From Bacteroidaceae bacterium (lineage in GTDB: Bacteria; Bacteroidota; Bacteroidia; Bacteroidales; Bacteroidaceae): 64,000 nt of DNA. The notes beneath the pieces are model-generated. The model saw only the letters and a list, made by a program, of their open reading frames with translations. It had not been told where the DNA came from and searched no databases. Location: NCBI GenBank assembly GCA_017940605.1, contig JAGAYF010000060.1:332-64331 (forward strand). The letters run 5' to 3'. The stretch's first letter is position 1; each line of letters begins with the position of its first letter. Shown here in pieces: positions 26,412 through 35,386 of the stretch. The position numbers were made by a program, and so were the translations under genes.

Positions 26412-27695
26412 TTACGGAAGAGATTGGAACTGAATGGGGATGTGATACCAGACTTTTACGGGTTGACCTTTTTGGCGGCCCGGGGTAAACCTGGACAAGG
26501 ATTTGACGGCATTGATGGCGGCTTGGTCGCAACTGGGGTACAAGGATTTTTCAACCTCTACATTCCCCACTTCGCCCGTTTCCGATACCACGAAACGCAG
26601 AAAAACGATGCCTTGCACCAGCTTCTTCCTGGCATCGGCGGGATAGATGAGGTGGTAGGCTACATCCCGCATTAGTTGGGCTTCACCGCCGGGGTATCGG
26701 GGCATCTGTTCCACCAAGTTGTAGATTTTTTCGTCGGCTTTGCTTGCAGAAGACGGTTGATACGGGGCGGATGCGGTGGATGTAGAGGACGGATGGCTAC
26801 GTTTCTCCATTTCCTCGAACCATTTCAGGACGATGCCGTGGTATTCATCCACATATTTGTACTTGAGGTTGTTAATCCAGCCGTGGCCGCCCGTGGGGAA
26901 GACGCAAATGGACATGGGGATGCCGAAAGACTTGAGGGCGCGGGCGTATTCCAGGGAATGCCATGAGGGAACGAGGGGATCGTCGTCGCTGAGCAGCATT
27001 AAGGTCGGCGGAGTGGTGCGAGTCACCTGTTTTTCCAAGGAATACTTCTGCGCCAAGTCTTCGGGGACATCCTTTCCCAAAAGGTAGAGGTAGGTGTTGC
27101 GGTGCGACTGGCTGGCCAACGAGTCAAAGACGATGACGGGGTAGAGCAATATGGCGTGGGCGGGCTTGTCCTCGTCGGGAAGCAGGGTAGAGGCCATGGC
27201 TGCCAGGTGTCCGCCCGCCGAACTGCCCATGACGGCCACCTTGGATGGGTCGATGCTCAATTCTTCGGCGTGGCTGCGCATATAGCGCAAGGCTGCCTGT
27301 ACGTCTTCCAGCGGAACGTCGTAGTGGCCCTTGTTGGGCAGACGATATTTCAGGATGGCCGATGTGATTCCGTTCTCCTGGAAGAACTTGCTCATGGTAA
27401 GTCCGATGTTGAGGGTCTTGTAGCCGCCGCCTGGGCAGATAATGACACTGTGTCCCTGGTTCTTTTCGGGATTGGCCTTGTGAATGTAGAGCACTGTCTC
27501 GGATGTCTGTGCCAATTGCAGGCCCTTGGGGTTGATTTCGTCGCGCGTCTCTTGGCTGGAGTGGGGAGCGGTGGTGTTATCCCATAGCTTCACAACGAGG
27601 TCGGCCTCAGTGTTGATGCTTACGACCTTGGGCGTCTGCGCGTTTCCTATGAGCGGTAAAGTGAAAAGGAGAATGCTTGTCCAAAAGTTTTTCAT
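26412..27695 (-). CDS. Secreted alpha/beta-hydrolase (esterase) fused to a TonB C-terminal domain
   Basis: Signal peptide MKNFWTSILLFTLPLIGNAQ. Esterase part ICPGGGY, nucleophile elbow GSSAGGHLA, GGHGW. Ser/Thr/Pro linker. C-terminal TonB_C (VEQMPRYPGGEAQLMRDV..GIVFLRFVVSETGEVGNVEV..AINAVKSLSRFTPGRQKGQPVKVWY). Confidence 0.85.
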   Translation of the reverse strand: MKNFWTSILLFTLPLIGNAQTPKVVSINTEADLVVKLWDNTTAPHSSQETRDEINPKGLQLAQTSETVLYIHKANPEKNQGHSVIICPGGGYKTLNIGLTMSKFFQENGITSAILKYRLPNKGHYDVPLEDVQAALRYMRSHAEELSIDPSKVAVMGSSAGGHLAAMASTLLPDEDKPAHAILLYPVIVFDSLASQSHRNTYLYLLGKDVPEDLAQKYSLEKQVTRTTPPTLMLLSDDDPLVPSWHSLEYARALKSFGIPMSICVFPTGGHGWINNLKYKYVDEYHGIVLKWFEEMEKRSHPSSTSTASAPYQPSSASKADEKIYNLVEQMPRYPGGEAQLMRDVAYHLIYPADARKKLVQGIVFLRFVVSETGEVGNVEVEKSLYPSCDQAAINAVKSLSRFTPGRQKGQPVKVWYHIPIQFQSLP

Positions 27696-27722
27696 TATGT
27701 GTCGTTTTACCTTTTAATAAAG

Positions 27723-27757
27723 AATGTAACCGCCCAACATGGTGGGGCGGTTACATT
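27723..27757 (-). terminator. 13-bp stem hairpin after the GH2 gene
   Basis: AATGTAACCGCCC-aacatggtg-GGGCGGTTACATT. On the minus strand it is followed by the T-rich TTCTTTATT. Confidence 0.6.
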
Positions 27758-27769
27758 AAAATGAGGTTC

Positions 27770-29656
27770 TTACTTCAAGGAGGCGATAACTCCCTTGTTG
27801 ATTTCGGCCAGTCGCCTTTCGTTAACTTTTACAATGCGGTCGTAGGTCATGATGCCGTTCACTTCTATTTCCACGTCAGTGGTCTGTGTGTAGACGGCGG
27901 CCGAGCATCCTGTTCCTACAAATACCTTGAGCATGTCGGCAAAGTTGGCGTATTGGTCAAGCACTTCCTGTCCGTTCTGCTTCACTCCGCCGTAGCCCCA
28001 GTTCTTGTCCTGCTGCCACAGGTGGCCTTGCACGGGCAGGCCGATGCCTCCGTACTCGCCCAATACGTTGATGAACTTGCTCTCAAAGGCATTCATGGCG
28101 GGGCAGGGGTAGTGGTGCATGTCAATGATGTCTCCGCAGAGCGAGAAGTTGCCGCCGGAGGACTCGTTGATGAGGCGCGTGTCGTCCTGCTTGCGTGTGA
28201 ACTTCACTACCTCGGGTGTGTCGAACTGTCCCCATGCTTCGTTGAAGGGTACCCACACTACGATGCACTGGAAGTTCTTGATGGCGGCGATGATTTCCTT
28301 CCATTCCTTGTAGTAGTTGTCTTTCCATTGTTGGGGAATGGGACAGTCGGTTCCGCCGAGGAAACTGTCGCGCGACCACTTGTTGCGGGAAATTTTCATG
28401 ATGTCTTCATCGCGTGTGTTGCGGCCGCTGTGGTCGGCGATGCAGGGCATGTCCTGCCATACCATCATGCCCAGCTGGTCGCAGTGGAAGTACCAGCGTG
28501 CGGGTTCAATCTTAATGTGCTTGCGAATCATGTTGAAGCCCCAGTCCTTTGTCTTCTGCACGTCAAAGCGCAGTGCCTCGTCAGTCGGTGCTGTGTAGAG
28601 TCCGTCGGGCCACCATCCCTGGTCCAGCGGACCGAATTGGAACAGTATTTCGTTGTTGAGGGCCAGGCGGCGGTACTTGTTGGGGCTTTCGTCGCGCTTC
28701 ATGGAAACCTTGCGCATGGCTGTGTATCCCTGTACTTCGTCAATGATTTTTCCTTTGCGCGTCACGGTCAGCTTTACTCCGTACAGGTAGGGGCTGTCGG
28801 GCGACCAAGTCTTCATGTCGGCAATGCTTACCTCGGCCTTGCCGTTGGCAACGGTCTCCTTGGCCACTACTTTCTGCGAGGGCTTCTCGGGATTGTAGCC
28901 GATGCCGCCGTCCAGGATTTCCACCTTCACGTCGTCGCCGGCCTGTGCACCTTGCACGTCGACAGAGATGCTCATTTTCTTCTCATCAATGTTGGAAACG
29001 ATGTAGTAGTTCTCGATATGGGTCGGGGCTACGGGCTCCAGCCACACTGTCTGCCAGATGCCGGTCACGGGCGTGTACCAAATGCCGGAAGAAACGCCCG
29101 ACTGCTTTCCGCGCGGCTGGAAGGAATTGTCGGTTGCGTCCCATACGCGCACGCGCAGGGTCTGCTTGCCCGATTTCTTCAGGTATTGCGTAATGTCATA
29201 GCTGAAGGGGGTGTATCCGCCGGTGTGGTTGCCCACTTTCTGGCCGTTCACCCACACGTCGCTCTGCCAGTCCACTGCGCCGAAGTGGAGAATGACGTTC
29301 TTGCCCTTCCAATTCTTGGGCACGACGAAGGTGCGCTCATACCACAGGGCTTTCTGCTTGCCCACAAACTTGCCCACGCCCGACAGGCTCGACTCTACGC
29401 AGAACGGCACGAGGATGTCGCCTTCGCTGCTGAAGTCGGTGGCGTTGGCGTCGGTGATGGCATAGTTCCACAGGCCGTTCAGGTTCTGCCAGTCGGCGCG
29501 CACCATCTGGGGGCGTGGATACTCGGGCAGCGGCAGGGCGGAATTGACTTGGGCGGCCCATTTTGTCTTGATGTTGTTGCCTGCGGGACTCCATGGGGCG
29601 GCTTTCAGGCCCATGGCCATGGCCAGGCAGGAAACGATGAAGGTTGTCTTTTTCAT
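27770..29656 (-). CDS. Glycoside hydrolase family 2
   Basis: Signal peptide. GH2 sugar-binding block WYERTFVVPKNWKGKNVILHFGAVDWQSDVWVNGQKVGNHTGGYTPFSYDIT. TIM-barrel acid/base context VVWVPFNEAWGQ. Confidence 0.9.
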   Translation of the reverse strand: MKKTTFIVSCLAMAMGLKAAPWSPAGNNIKTKWAAQVNSALPLPEYPRPQMVRADWQNLNGLWNYAITDANATDFSSEGDILVPFCVESSLSGVGKFVGKQKALWYERTFVVPKNWKGKNVILHFGAVDWQSDVWVNGQKVGNHTGGYTPFSYDITQYLKKSGKQTLRVRVWDATDNSFQPRGKQSGVSSGIWYTPVTGIWQTVWLEPVAPTHIENYYIVSNIDEKKMSISVDVQGAQAGDDVKVEILDGGIGYNPEKPSQKVVAKETVANGKAEVSIADMKTWSPDSPYLYGVKLTVTRKGKIIDEVQGYTAMRKVSMKRDESPNKYRRLALNNEILFQFGPLDQGWWPDGLYTAPTDEALRFDVQKTKDWGFNMIRKHIKIEPARWYFHCDQLGMMVWQDMPCIADHSGRNTRDEDIMKISRNKWSRDSFLGGTDCPIPQQWKDNYYKEWKEIIAAIKNFQCIVVWVPFNEAWGQFDTPEVVKFTRKQDDTRLINESSGGNFSLCGDIIDMHHYPCPAMNAFESKFINVLGEYGGIGLPVQGHLWQQDKNWGYGGVKQNGQEVLDQYANFADMLKVFVGTGCSAAVYTQTTDVEIEVNGIMTYDRIVKVNERRLAEINKGVIASLK

Positions 29657-29694
29657 ATTATCTTGAATAAATGGTTAATATATCTTTCTGTATG

Positions 29695-29702
29695 CAAAGA
29701 TA
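29695..29702 (-). promoter_or_regulatory. -7 promoter box (TATCTTTG on the minus strand) for the GH2 gene
   Basis: Exact TAnnTTTG match. Forms the left arm of a perfect 12-bp inverted repeat. Confidence 0.55.
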
Positions 29703-29714
29703 GCGAATTTTTGC

Positions 29715-29722
29715 TATCTTTG
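29715..29722 (+). promoter_or_regulatory. -7 promoter box (TATCTTTG) for the anSME gene
   Basis: Exact TAnnTTTG match 19 nt upstream of the ATG at 29741. Forms the right arm of the same inverted repeat. Confidence 0.6.
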
Positions 29723-29740
29723 CAGCAAATTATGTAAAAA

Positions 29741-30982
29741 ATGCCCATAGCCAATCCTTTTGCGCATCCCATGTACGTCATGGCCAAGCCTGCGGGGTCT
29801 GCCTGCAATCTGGCATGCAAGTATTGCTACTACCTGGAAAAACAGCATCTCTACAAGAACGAGCCCCATCGCATCATGAGCGACGAGCTCCTTGAGAAAT
29901 TCGTGCGCGAATACCTGGAAAGCCTGACTACGCCCGAGGCCATGTTTACGTGGCACGGCGGAGAGACGCTGATGCGCCCCCTCTCTTTCTACGAAAAGGT
30001 GGTGCGGCTGCAGCAGCAGTACGGCCGCAGCCGCCGCATTGAGAACAGCATACAGACCAACGGCACGCTGCTGACCGCCGACTGGTGCAAGTTCTTCAAG
30101 CAAAACAACTGGCTCGTGGGCATCTCCATCGACGGGCCGCAGGAGTTCCACGACGAGTACCGCCGCAACAAGAGCGGCGCGCCGTCGTGGGCCAAGGTGA
30201 TGCGCGGCATTGACTTGCTCAACCGCTATGGCGTGGAGTGGAATGCGCTCGCGGTGGTCAATGACTTCAACGCCGACTATCCGCTCGATTTCTACCGTTT
30301 CTTCAAGGAGATAGGCTGCCACTACCTTCAGTTCACGCCCGTGGTGGAGCGGTTGCAGGCCCACGCCGACGGGCGCATGCTGGCATCGGTCGAGGAGGGG
30401 ACGGAGGCAACGCTCACCGACTTCAGCGTGACGCCCGCCCAATGGGGAGAGTTTCTGTGCGCGGTGTTCGATGAATGGGTGCGCCAGGACGTGGGCGAAT
30501 ACTTTGTGCAGACGTTCGATGCCACGCTGGCCAACTGGGTGGGGGTGACTCCCGGCATTTGCAGCCTGTCGCGTAACTGCGGCCATGCGGGTGCCATGGA
30601 ATGGAACGGCGATGTGTACAGCTGCGACCACTTTGTGTTTCCTCAGTACAGGCTGGGCAATATTTACCAAAAGTCGCTCGTGGAGATGATGTACAGTCCG
30701 CAGCAGCAGGAGTTCGGCGCACGGAAGATGGGGGCTCTCCCCGGCCAGTGCCGTCGGTGCGAGTGGCTTTTTGCCTGCAATGGGGAGTGCCCCAAGAACC
30801 GTTTCTGCCGCACGCGAGAGGGAGAGGCCGGACTGAACTACCTGTGCAGCGGCTACCGTCGGTTCTTCAGCCATGTAGCACCCTATATGGACTTCATGAA
30901 GCGCGAGCTGGATGCCCAGCGTGCGCCGGCCAATGTCATGGAAGCCGTCAGGAAGGGCCTGTTTAAGGAAGAACGAAACTGA
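29741..30982 (+). CDS. Anaerobic sulfatase-maturating enzyme (radical SAM/SPASM)
   Basis: AKPAGSACNLACKYCYY radical-SAM cluster. C-terminal SPASM Cys clusters (CSLSRNCGH.., CDHF, CRRCEWLFACNGECPKNR). Confidence 0.9.
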   Translation: MPIANPFAHPMYVMAKPAGSACNLACKYCYYLEKQHLYKNEPHRIMSDELLEKFVREYLESLTTPEAMFTWHGGETLMRPLSFYEKVVRLQQQYGRSRRIENSIQTNGTLLTADWCKFFKQNNWLVGISIDGPQEFHDEYRRNKSGAPSWAKVMRGIDLLNRYGVEWNALAVVNDFNADYPLDFYRFFKEIGCHYLQFTPVVERLQAHADGRMLASVEEGTEATLTDFSVTPAQWGEFLCAVFDEWVRQDVGEYFVQTFDATLANWVGVTPGICSLSRNCGHAGAMEWNGDVYSCDHFVFPQYRLGNIYQKSLVEMMYSPQQQEFGARKMGALPGQCRRCEWLFACNGECPKNRFCRTREGEAGLNYLCSGYRRFFSHVAPYMDFMKRELDAQRAPANVMEAVRKGLFKEERN

Positions 30983-31044
30983 AACGTTGCTTTTTCATGC
31001 CCACGGGGGCATGTCGCGTCTCCTGCATGGGGAGGCGGAGGCCC

Positions 31045-31147
31045 GTTGCGGCCTGACGGCAGGGCTGCGGGGCGCAAGAGGTGGACGGATGCGGCCTGAA
31101 AAATTTCATGCAAGGCGTAAGACATCCGCCAATGAGGCGTAAGAATC
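31045..31147 (+). repeat. Dispersed intergenic repeat, copy 4
   Basis: GTTGCGGCCTGACGG partial core, GGGGCGCAAGAGG, GATGCGGCCTGAAAAATTTCATGCAAGGCGTAAGAC, AATGAGGCGTAAGAATC. Confidence 0.85.
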
Positions 31148-31244
31148 CGCGCCCGAGCCGTGTGCGTCACCCTATGCCGCAAATGGCGGGTTTCCTGATG
31201 GAAGTGCAGGTTGCAATCAGGCACTTTCCCTGCATCATGCCAAC

Positions 31245-31279
31245 AAGGGCGGATGTCCATGGAGTTGGCATCCGCCCTT
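31245..31279. terminator. 11-bp stem hairpin between convergent genes
   Basis: AAGGGCGGATG-13 nt loop-CATCCGCCCTT. No T-run on either strand, so a terminator function is uncertain. Confidence 0.35.
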
Positions 31280-31309
31280 GTGGCTGTGTAGGTTGGCAGG
31301 ACTCTGCGC

Positions 31310-33469
31310 CTATGATTCCTCGGCCTGTTCGGCTTCGTGTTCCTTGATGAGTTTTTCCTGTACCTCGGCAGGCACGAGCTCGTAGCCGTTGAACTTCATG
31401 TTGAACGATGCGCTGCCGGCCGTTACGGAGCTCAGCGCAGTCGAGAAGTTGCTCATTTCCTTGAGCGGCACGCGGGCGTTCAGCTTCTGGTAGCCGTTCT
31501 CGGAGTCCATGCCCATGATGATGCCGCGGCGGCCCTGCAGGTCGCTCATGACATCGCCCATGTAGTCGGCGGGAACATAGACTTCAACGTCGTATATGGG
31601 CTCCAGGATTTTTGGCCCTGCGTTCTTGAATGCTTGGCTGAAAGCACGGCTGCCGGCAATCATGAACGAAATTTCGTTGGAGTCGACGGGGTGCATCTTT
31701 CCGTCAACGACGATGACGCGCACGTCGCGGGCGTAGCTTCCCGTGAGAGGGCCGCGCTCCATGCAGCTCATGATGCCCTTGAGGATGGCCGGCATGAAGC
31801 GTGTGTCAATGGCACCGCCCACTACCGAGTTGACGAAGACAAGCTTGCCGCCCCATTCCAGCGGTATCTCCTGCTGGCTCTTGACCGTGATGCGGAACTC
31901 CTGGCCGTTGAACGTGTAGGCAGGCTGCACGGGGTCGCCCTCGGTGTACGGCTCAATGATGAGGTGCACTTCACCAAACTGTCCTGCACCGCCGCTCTGC
32001 TTCTTGTGACGGTATTCGTCCTTGGCTTTCCTGGTAATCGTTTCGCGGTAGGGAATGCGCTGCTCGTAAAGCTCGATGGGTATCTTGTCCAGGTTTTCCA
32101 GCCTCCATTTCAGCGTGCGCAGGTGGAATTCGCCCTGTCCGTGTATGAGAACCTGGCGCAGCTCCTTGCTCTGTTCCACTACCCACGTGGGGTCTTCCTC
32201 GCTCATGCGGTTGATGGCCGCCATCATCTTTTCCGTGTCAGATTGGTTGACGGCGCGGATGGCGCGGGTGCATTTGGGATTGGGAAACTTGATGAAGTCG
32301 AAGCGGTTGTCGCAGTCCTTGGAATTTAAGGTATTGCCCGTGTGCACGTCCTTCAGCTTCACGGTGCATCCAATGTCGCCCGCGTGCAGTTCGTCCACGC
32401 TGGTGCGGCCTGCGCCCGATGCCACGAAAATTTGGCCGATGCGTTCCTTGCTTCCGCGCTCTGCGTTGGTCAGTTCGTCGCCTGCCTTGACCGTTCCGCT
32501 CATGACTTTGAAGTATTGCACCTCGCCTATGTGCGGTTCCATGCCCGTCTTGAAGAAGAAGAGGCTTGTCGGACCGTTCGGGTCGGGAGTGATCTCCTTT
32601 CCTGCCGCATTCAGAACTTTTGGCATCTCATCTACGAACGGAACGACGTTGCTCAGGAATTCCATCATGCGGTCCACGCCGATGTTCTGGCGTGCGCAGA
32701 CGAGGAAGAGGGGCAGGATGCCGCGGTTGACAAGGCCCTTGCGGATTCCCTCGCGCATTTCGTCCTCCGTCAGCGATTCGCTTTCAAAGAACTTCTCCAT
32801 TAATTTCTCGTCGTGCTCTGCGGCAGCCTCTACCAGGGCTTTGTGCAGTTCGTTGGCCTTTTCCAGCTGGTCGGCGGGGATTTCCTCTATTTTTGCCTTG
32901 CCTCCCTCGGCTGGGTAGGTGTATTTCTTCATCATCAGAACGTCTATGAAGGAATTGAATCCAGGTCCGGGATTGAGCGGATACTGTACGGGGATGACGC
33001 TTGGGCCATATACTTCGCGCAGCTTCTCCAGAACGGAGTCGAAGTCGCACTTCTCGTCATCCAGTTGGTTGAGCAGGAAGATGACGGGCTTTTGCAGCTT
33101 CTCGGTGTAGCGGAAATGGTTCTGCGTGCCCACTTCCACGCCGTATTGTCCGTTGAGCAGGATGACTGTGGTGTCTGTCACATTGAGCGCGGTGATTGCG
33201 GCGCCTACGAAGTCGTCTGAACCCGGACAGTCTATGAAGTTTAGTTTCTTATTGTTGTATTCGGCGTGGAACACGGTGCTAAAAACGGAATATCCGTACT
33301 CTTGTTCCACGGGAAAATAGTCACTCACCGTATTCTTCTGGGAAATGCGGCCTCTTCTCTGAATCTGACCACTCTCAAAGAGGATGCTTTCGGTAAGAGT
33401 GGTCTTACCCGAGCCATCGTTGCCAAGGAGGGCAATGTTTTTGATGGCATTTGTTTGATAGACTTTCAT
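31310..33469 (-). CDS. Elongation factor G paralogue (EF-G2-like, non-canonical G domain)
   Basis: 719 aa from the ATG at 33469. G1 GNDGSGKT, G3 DCPGSDDF (Ser where canonical EF-G has His in DTPGH), G4 NQLD. EF-G domains II-V recognisable (e.g. GGAGQFGEV, PILEPIYDVEV). Confidence 0.9.
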   Translation of the reverse strand: MKVYQTNAIKNIALLGNDGSGKTTLTESILFESGQIQRRGRISQKNTVSDYFPVEQEYGYSVFSTVFHAEYNNKKLNFIDCPGSDDFVGAAITALNVTDTTVILLNGQYGVEVGTQNHFRYTEKLQKPVIFLLNQLDDEKCDFDSVLEKLREVYGPSVIPVQYPLNPGPGFNSFIDVLMMKKYTYPAEGGKAKIEEIPADQLEKANELHKALVEAAAEHDEKLMEKFFESESLTEDEMREGIRKGLVNRGILPLFLVCARQNIGVDRMMEFLSNVVPFVDEMPKVLNAAGKEITPDPNGPTSLFFFKTGMEPHIGEVQYFKVMSGTVKAGDELTNAERGSKERIGQIFVASGAGRTSVDELHAGDIGCTVKLKDVHTGNTLNSKDCDNRFDFIKFPNPKCTRAIRAVNQSDTEKMMAAINRMSEEDPTWVVEQSKELRQVLIHGQGEFHLRTLKWRLENLDKIPIELYEQRIPYRETITRKAKDEYRHKKQSGGAGQFGEVHLIIEPYTEGDPVQPAYTFNGQEFRITVKSQQEIPLEWGGKLVFVNSVVGGAIDTRFMPAILKGIMSCMERGPLTGSYARDVRVIVVDGKMHPVDSNEISFMIAGSRAFSQAFKNAGPKILEPIYDVEVYVPADYMGDVMSDLQGRRGIIMGMDSENGYQKLNARVPLKEMSNFSTALSSVTAGSASFNMKFNGYELVPAEVQEKLIKEHEAEQAEES

Positions 33470-33676
33470 ATAAAAACGTGTTTGTATTAATGTATTATGG
33501 TTTTGTTGGCGCAATTTGGCATTTTTTTTTGAAAAAAGCAAGCGAATGCCGTATGTTTTACAGCATAAATCCTGATTTTTTTCCAAAAAATGCGTTTTAA
33601 ATCAAAAATGGGCCGTTTAGGGAAGCCGAAAGATGCTTTTCCGATGCCTTGAAAACGCCAAAACGCAGTTTTTTTA

Positions 33677-33684
33677 TAATTTTG
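33677..33684 (+). promoter_or_regulatory. -7 promoter box (TAATTTTG) for hemW
   Basis: Exact TAnnTTTG match 31 nt upstream of the ATG at 33715. Confidence 0.6.
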
Positions 33685-33714
33685 CCCCATCCCCACGGGG
33701 TGACCGACAGTCCT

Positions 33715-34860
33715 ATGAATGGTTTATACCTGCATATCCCCTTCTGCGCCCGCCGCTGCGCCTACTGTGATTTCTATTCCACGGTAGAGGGGGCTGAAAT
33801 GCGGGAGCGGTTTGTGACTGCCCTGTGCCGCGAGATTCAGCTGCGTGCCCCATTCCTGCCCAGCGCGGTGCTGCATTCGGTCTACCTGGGCGGCGGCACG
33901 CCCTCCCAATTGAACCCCTCTCAGCTTAGTCGCATATTCAGGACCATAGGCCAACGGTTTTCGCTGGCGGCCGATGCCGAGGTTACCCTTGAGGTGAATC
34001 CTGACGACATAGCCCCTACTTATTTAAAAGAACTGGCAAAACTGCCCGTCAACAGGCTGAGCATGGGCATCCAGACCTTTGACGACCGATTGCTGCGCCT
34101 GCTGAACCGCCGCCATACGGCCCGGCAGGCCCGCCGTGCCTTCCTGATGATGCGGGAGGCGGGTTTCAGCAACATTAGCGTGGACCTGATGTATGGCTTG
34201 CCCGACCAAACCGTCGCTGACTGGGAGCGTGATGTCGACGAGGCCCTGTCCATGGGGGCTGCGCACCTTTCGGCCTATGCGCTCACCTATGAGGAGGGGA
34301 CGGCCTTGGAGCGTATGCGCCGCCAGGGGCAGGTGCGCGAGGCGGACGAGGAACTGAGCCGGCAGATGTACGAACTGTTGCTCGACAAGGTGCGCGCACG
34401 GGGATGGGAACACTACGAGATCTCCAATTTCTGCCTTCCCGGATGTCGAGCCTGCCATAATTCGGGCTATTGGAACGGCATGAACTACCTGGGGTGCGGT
34501 CCGGGGGCTCATTCCTACGACGGCGCGGTGCGCCGCTGGAACACGGCCGACCTGACGGCCTATGTGTCGGCCGGTGGTGACGTTGACGGCCGCCGTCTCT
34601 TTGAAGATGAGGTGCTGACACCGGCCATGCGGGCCGACGAGATGGTGATGACCCGGCTGCGCACGGCCGACGGGCTGTCCTTGGCGGCATATGGCAATGC
34701 GTTTGGCACAGCGGAACGGGCTGCCCTGACGAAACGGGCGCAAGAGCCCCTGCAGCGCGGATGGCTGGCCTATGATGTTGCCACCGACACGCTGCGGCTG
34801 ACGCGCCAGGGGCTGTTCCTGTCGGACGGCATTATGGCCGACCTCATGCCCGGCCTGTGA
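33715..34860 (+). CDS. hemW: Radical SAM family heme chaperone HemW (HemN-like)
   Basis: LYLHIPFCARRCAYCDFYS; GGGTPS; HemN C-terminal domain. Confidence 0.9.
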   Translation: MNGLYLHIPFCARRCAYCDFYSTVEGAEMRERFVTALCREIQLRAPFLPSAVLHSVYLGGGTPSQLNPSQLSRIFRTIGQRFSLAADAEVTLEVNPDDIAPTYLKELAKLPVNRLSMGIQTFDDRLLRLLNRRHTARQARRAFLMMREAGFSNISVDLMYGLPDQTVADWERDVDEALSMGAAHLSAYALTYEEGTALERMRRQGQVREADEELSRQMYELLLDKVRARGWEHYEISNFCLPGCRACHNSGYWNGMNYLGCGPGAHSYDGAVRRWNTADLTAYVSAGGDVDGRRLFEDEVLTPAMRADEMVMTRLRTADGLSLAAYGNAFGTAERAALTKRAQEPLQRGWLAYDVATDTLRLTRQGLFLSDGIMADLMPGL

Positions 34861-34957
34861 TGTCAGGGGAAAAGCAAGTCGGGCCGAGCGTGGCCAAGGA
34901 GGAAAAACATGGGGTGGCTTCCAGCATGCAACGATGATGGACATGCTTCTGCCTGCC

Positions 34958-35059
34958 TTGGGCAAAAGTGAACCGAACAGGGCGTAAAAGGTGGGCGTAT
35001 GCGGCCTGAAAGATTTTGTGCAAGGCGTAAAAAACGAGCGAACAAGGCATAAGAAATAG
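34958..35059 (+). repeat. Dispersed intergenic repeat, copy 5
   Basis: GAACAGGGCGTAAAAGG, TATGCGGCCTGAAAGATTTTGTGCAAGGCGTAAAAAAC, GAACAAGGCATAAGAAATAG. Confidence 0.85.
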
Positions 35060-35219
35060 CGCCCGTCCCCACGGGTGCACGTCTTTGGCCTTGCAGGCTA
35101 GGCATGGCGGCCCGGGCCAGGGGCGGAATGTGCATGAGGTTTCCCCAGGTGGCCTGTGTGCCGTTGTCTTTCCTGCGTGGGTGCTCCGGCGGTGGATTCG
35201 CGTGTGTGCCCATAAGGCA

Positions 35220-35270
35220 CTGCCGCCCACTTCCTGTGCGGAAAGTGGGCGGCAGCATGCTTGCTTTTTT
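35220..35270 (+). terminator. Perfect 13-bp stem hairpin followed by a distal T-run
   Basis: CTGCCGCCCACTT-10 nt-AAGTGGGCGGCAG, then catgcttgcTTTTTT. Lies 360 nt after the hemW stop and 15 nt after a minus-strand mini-ORF. Confidence 0.45.
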
Positions 35271-35386
35271 CAGATGGCGGCCTCGGGGGTCGGTCTTATG
35301 GCGGCCTGCATCTTGCGCGCCATCATTTTCAGGTAAGCAATGGTTTCTTCACGGGGTGAAAGTTCTGGTAGGGTAAAATCGTTCAT
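35270..35386 (-). CDS. Candidate 38-aa small protein downstream of the ECF sigma factor gene
   Basis: ATG..TGA ORF translated by hand as MNDFTLPELSPREETIAYLKMMARKMQAAIRPTPEAAI. It is 63 nt downstream of the sigma gene on the same strand. No motif recognised and it is below the track's size cut-off. Confidence 0.25.
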   Translation of the reverse strand: MNDFTLPELSPREETIAYLKMMARKMQAAIRPTPEAAI

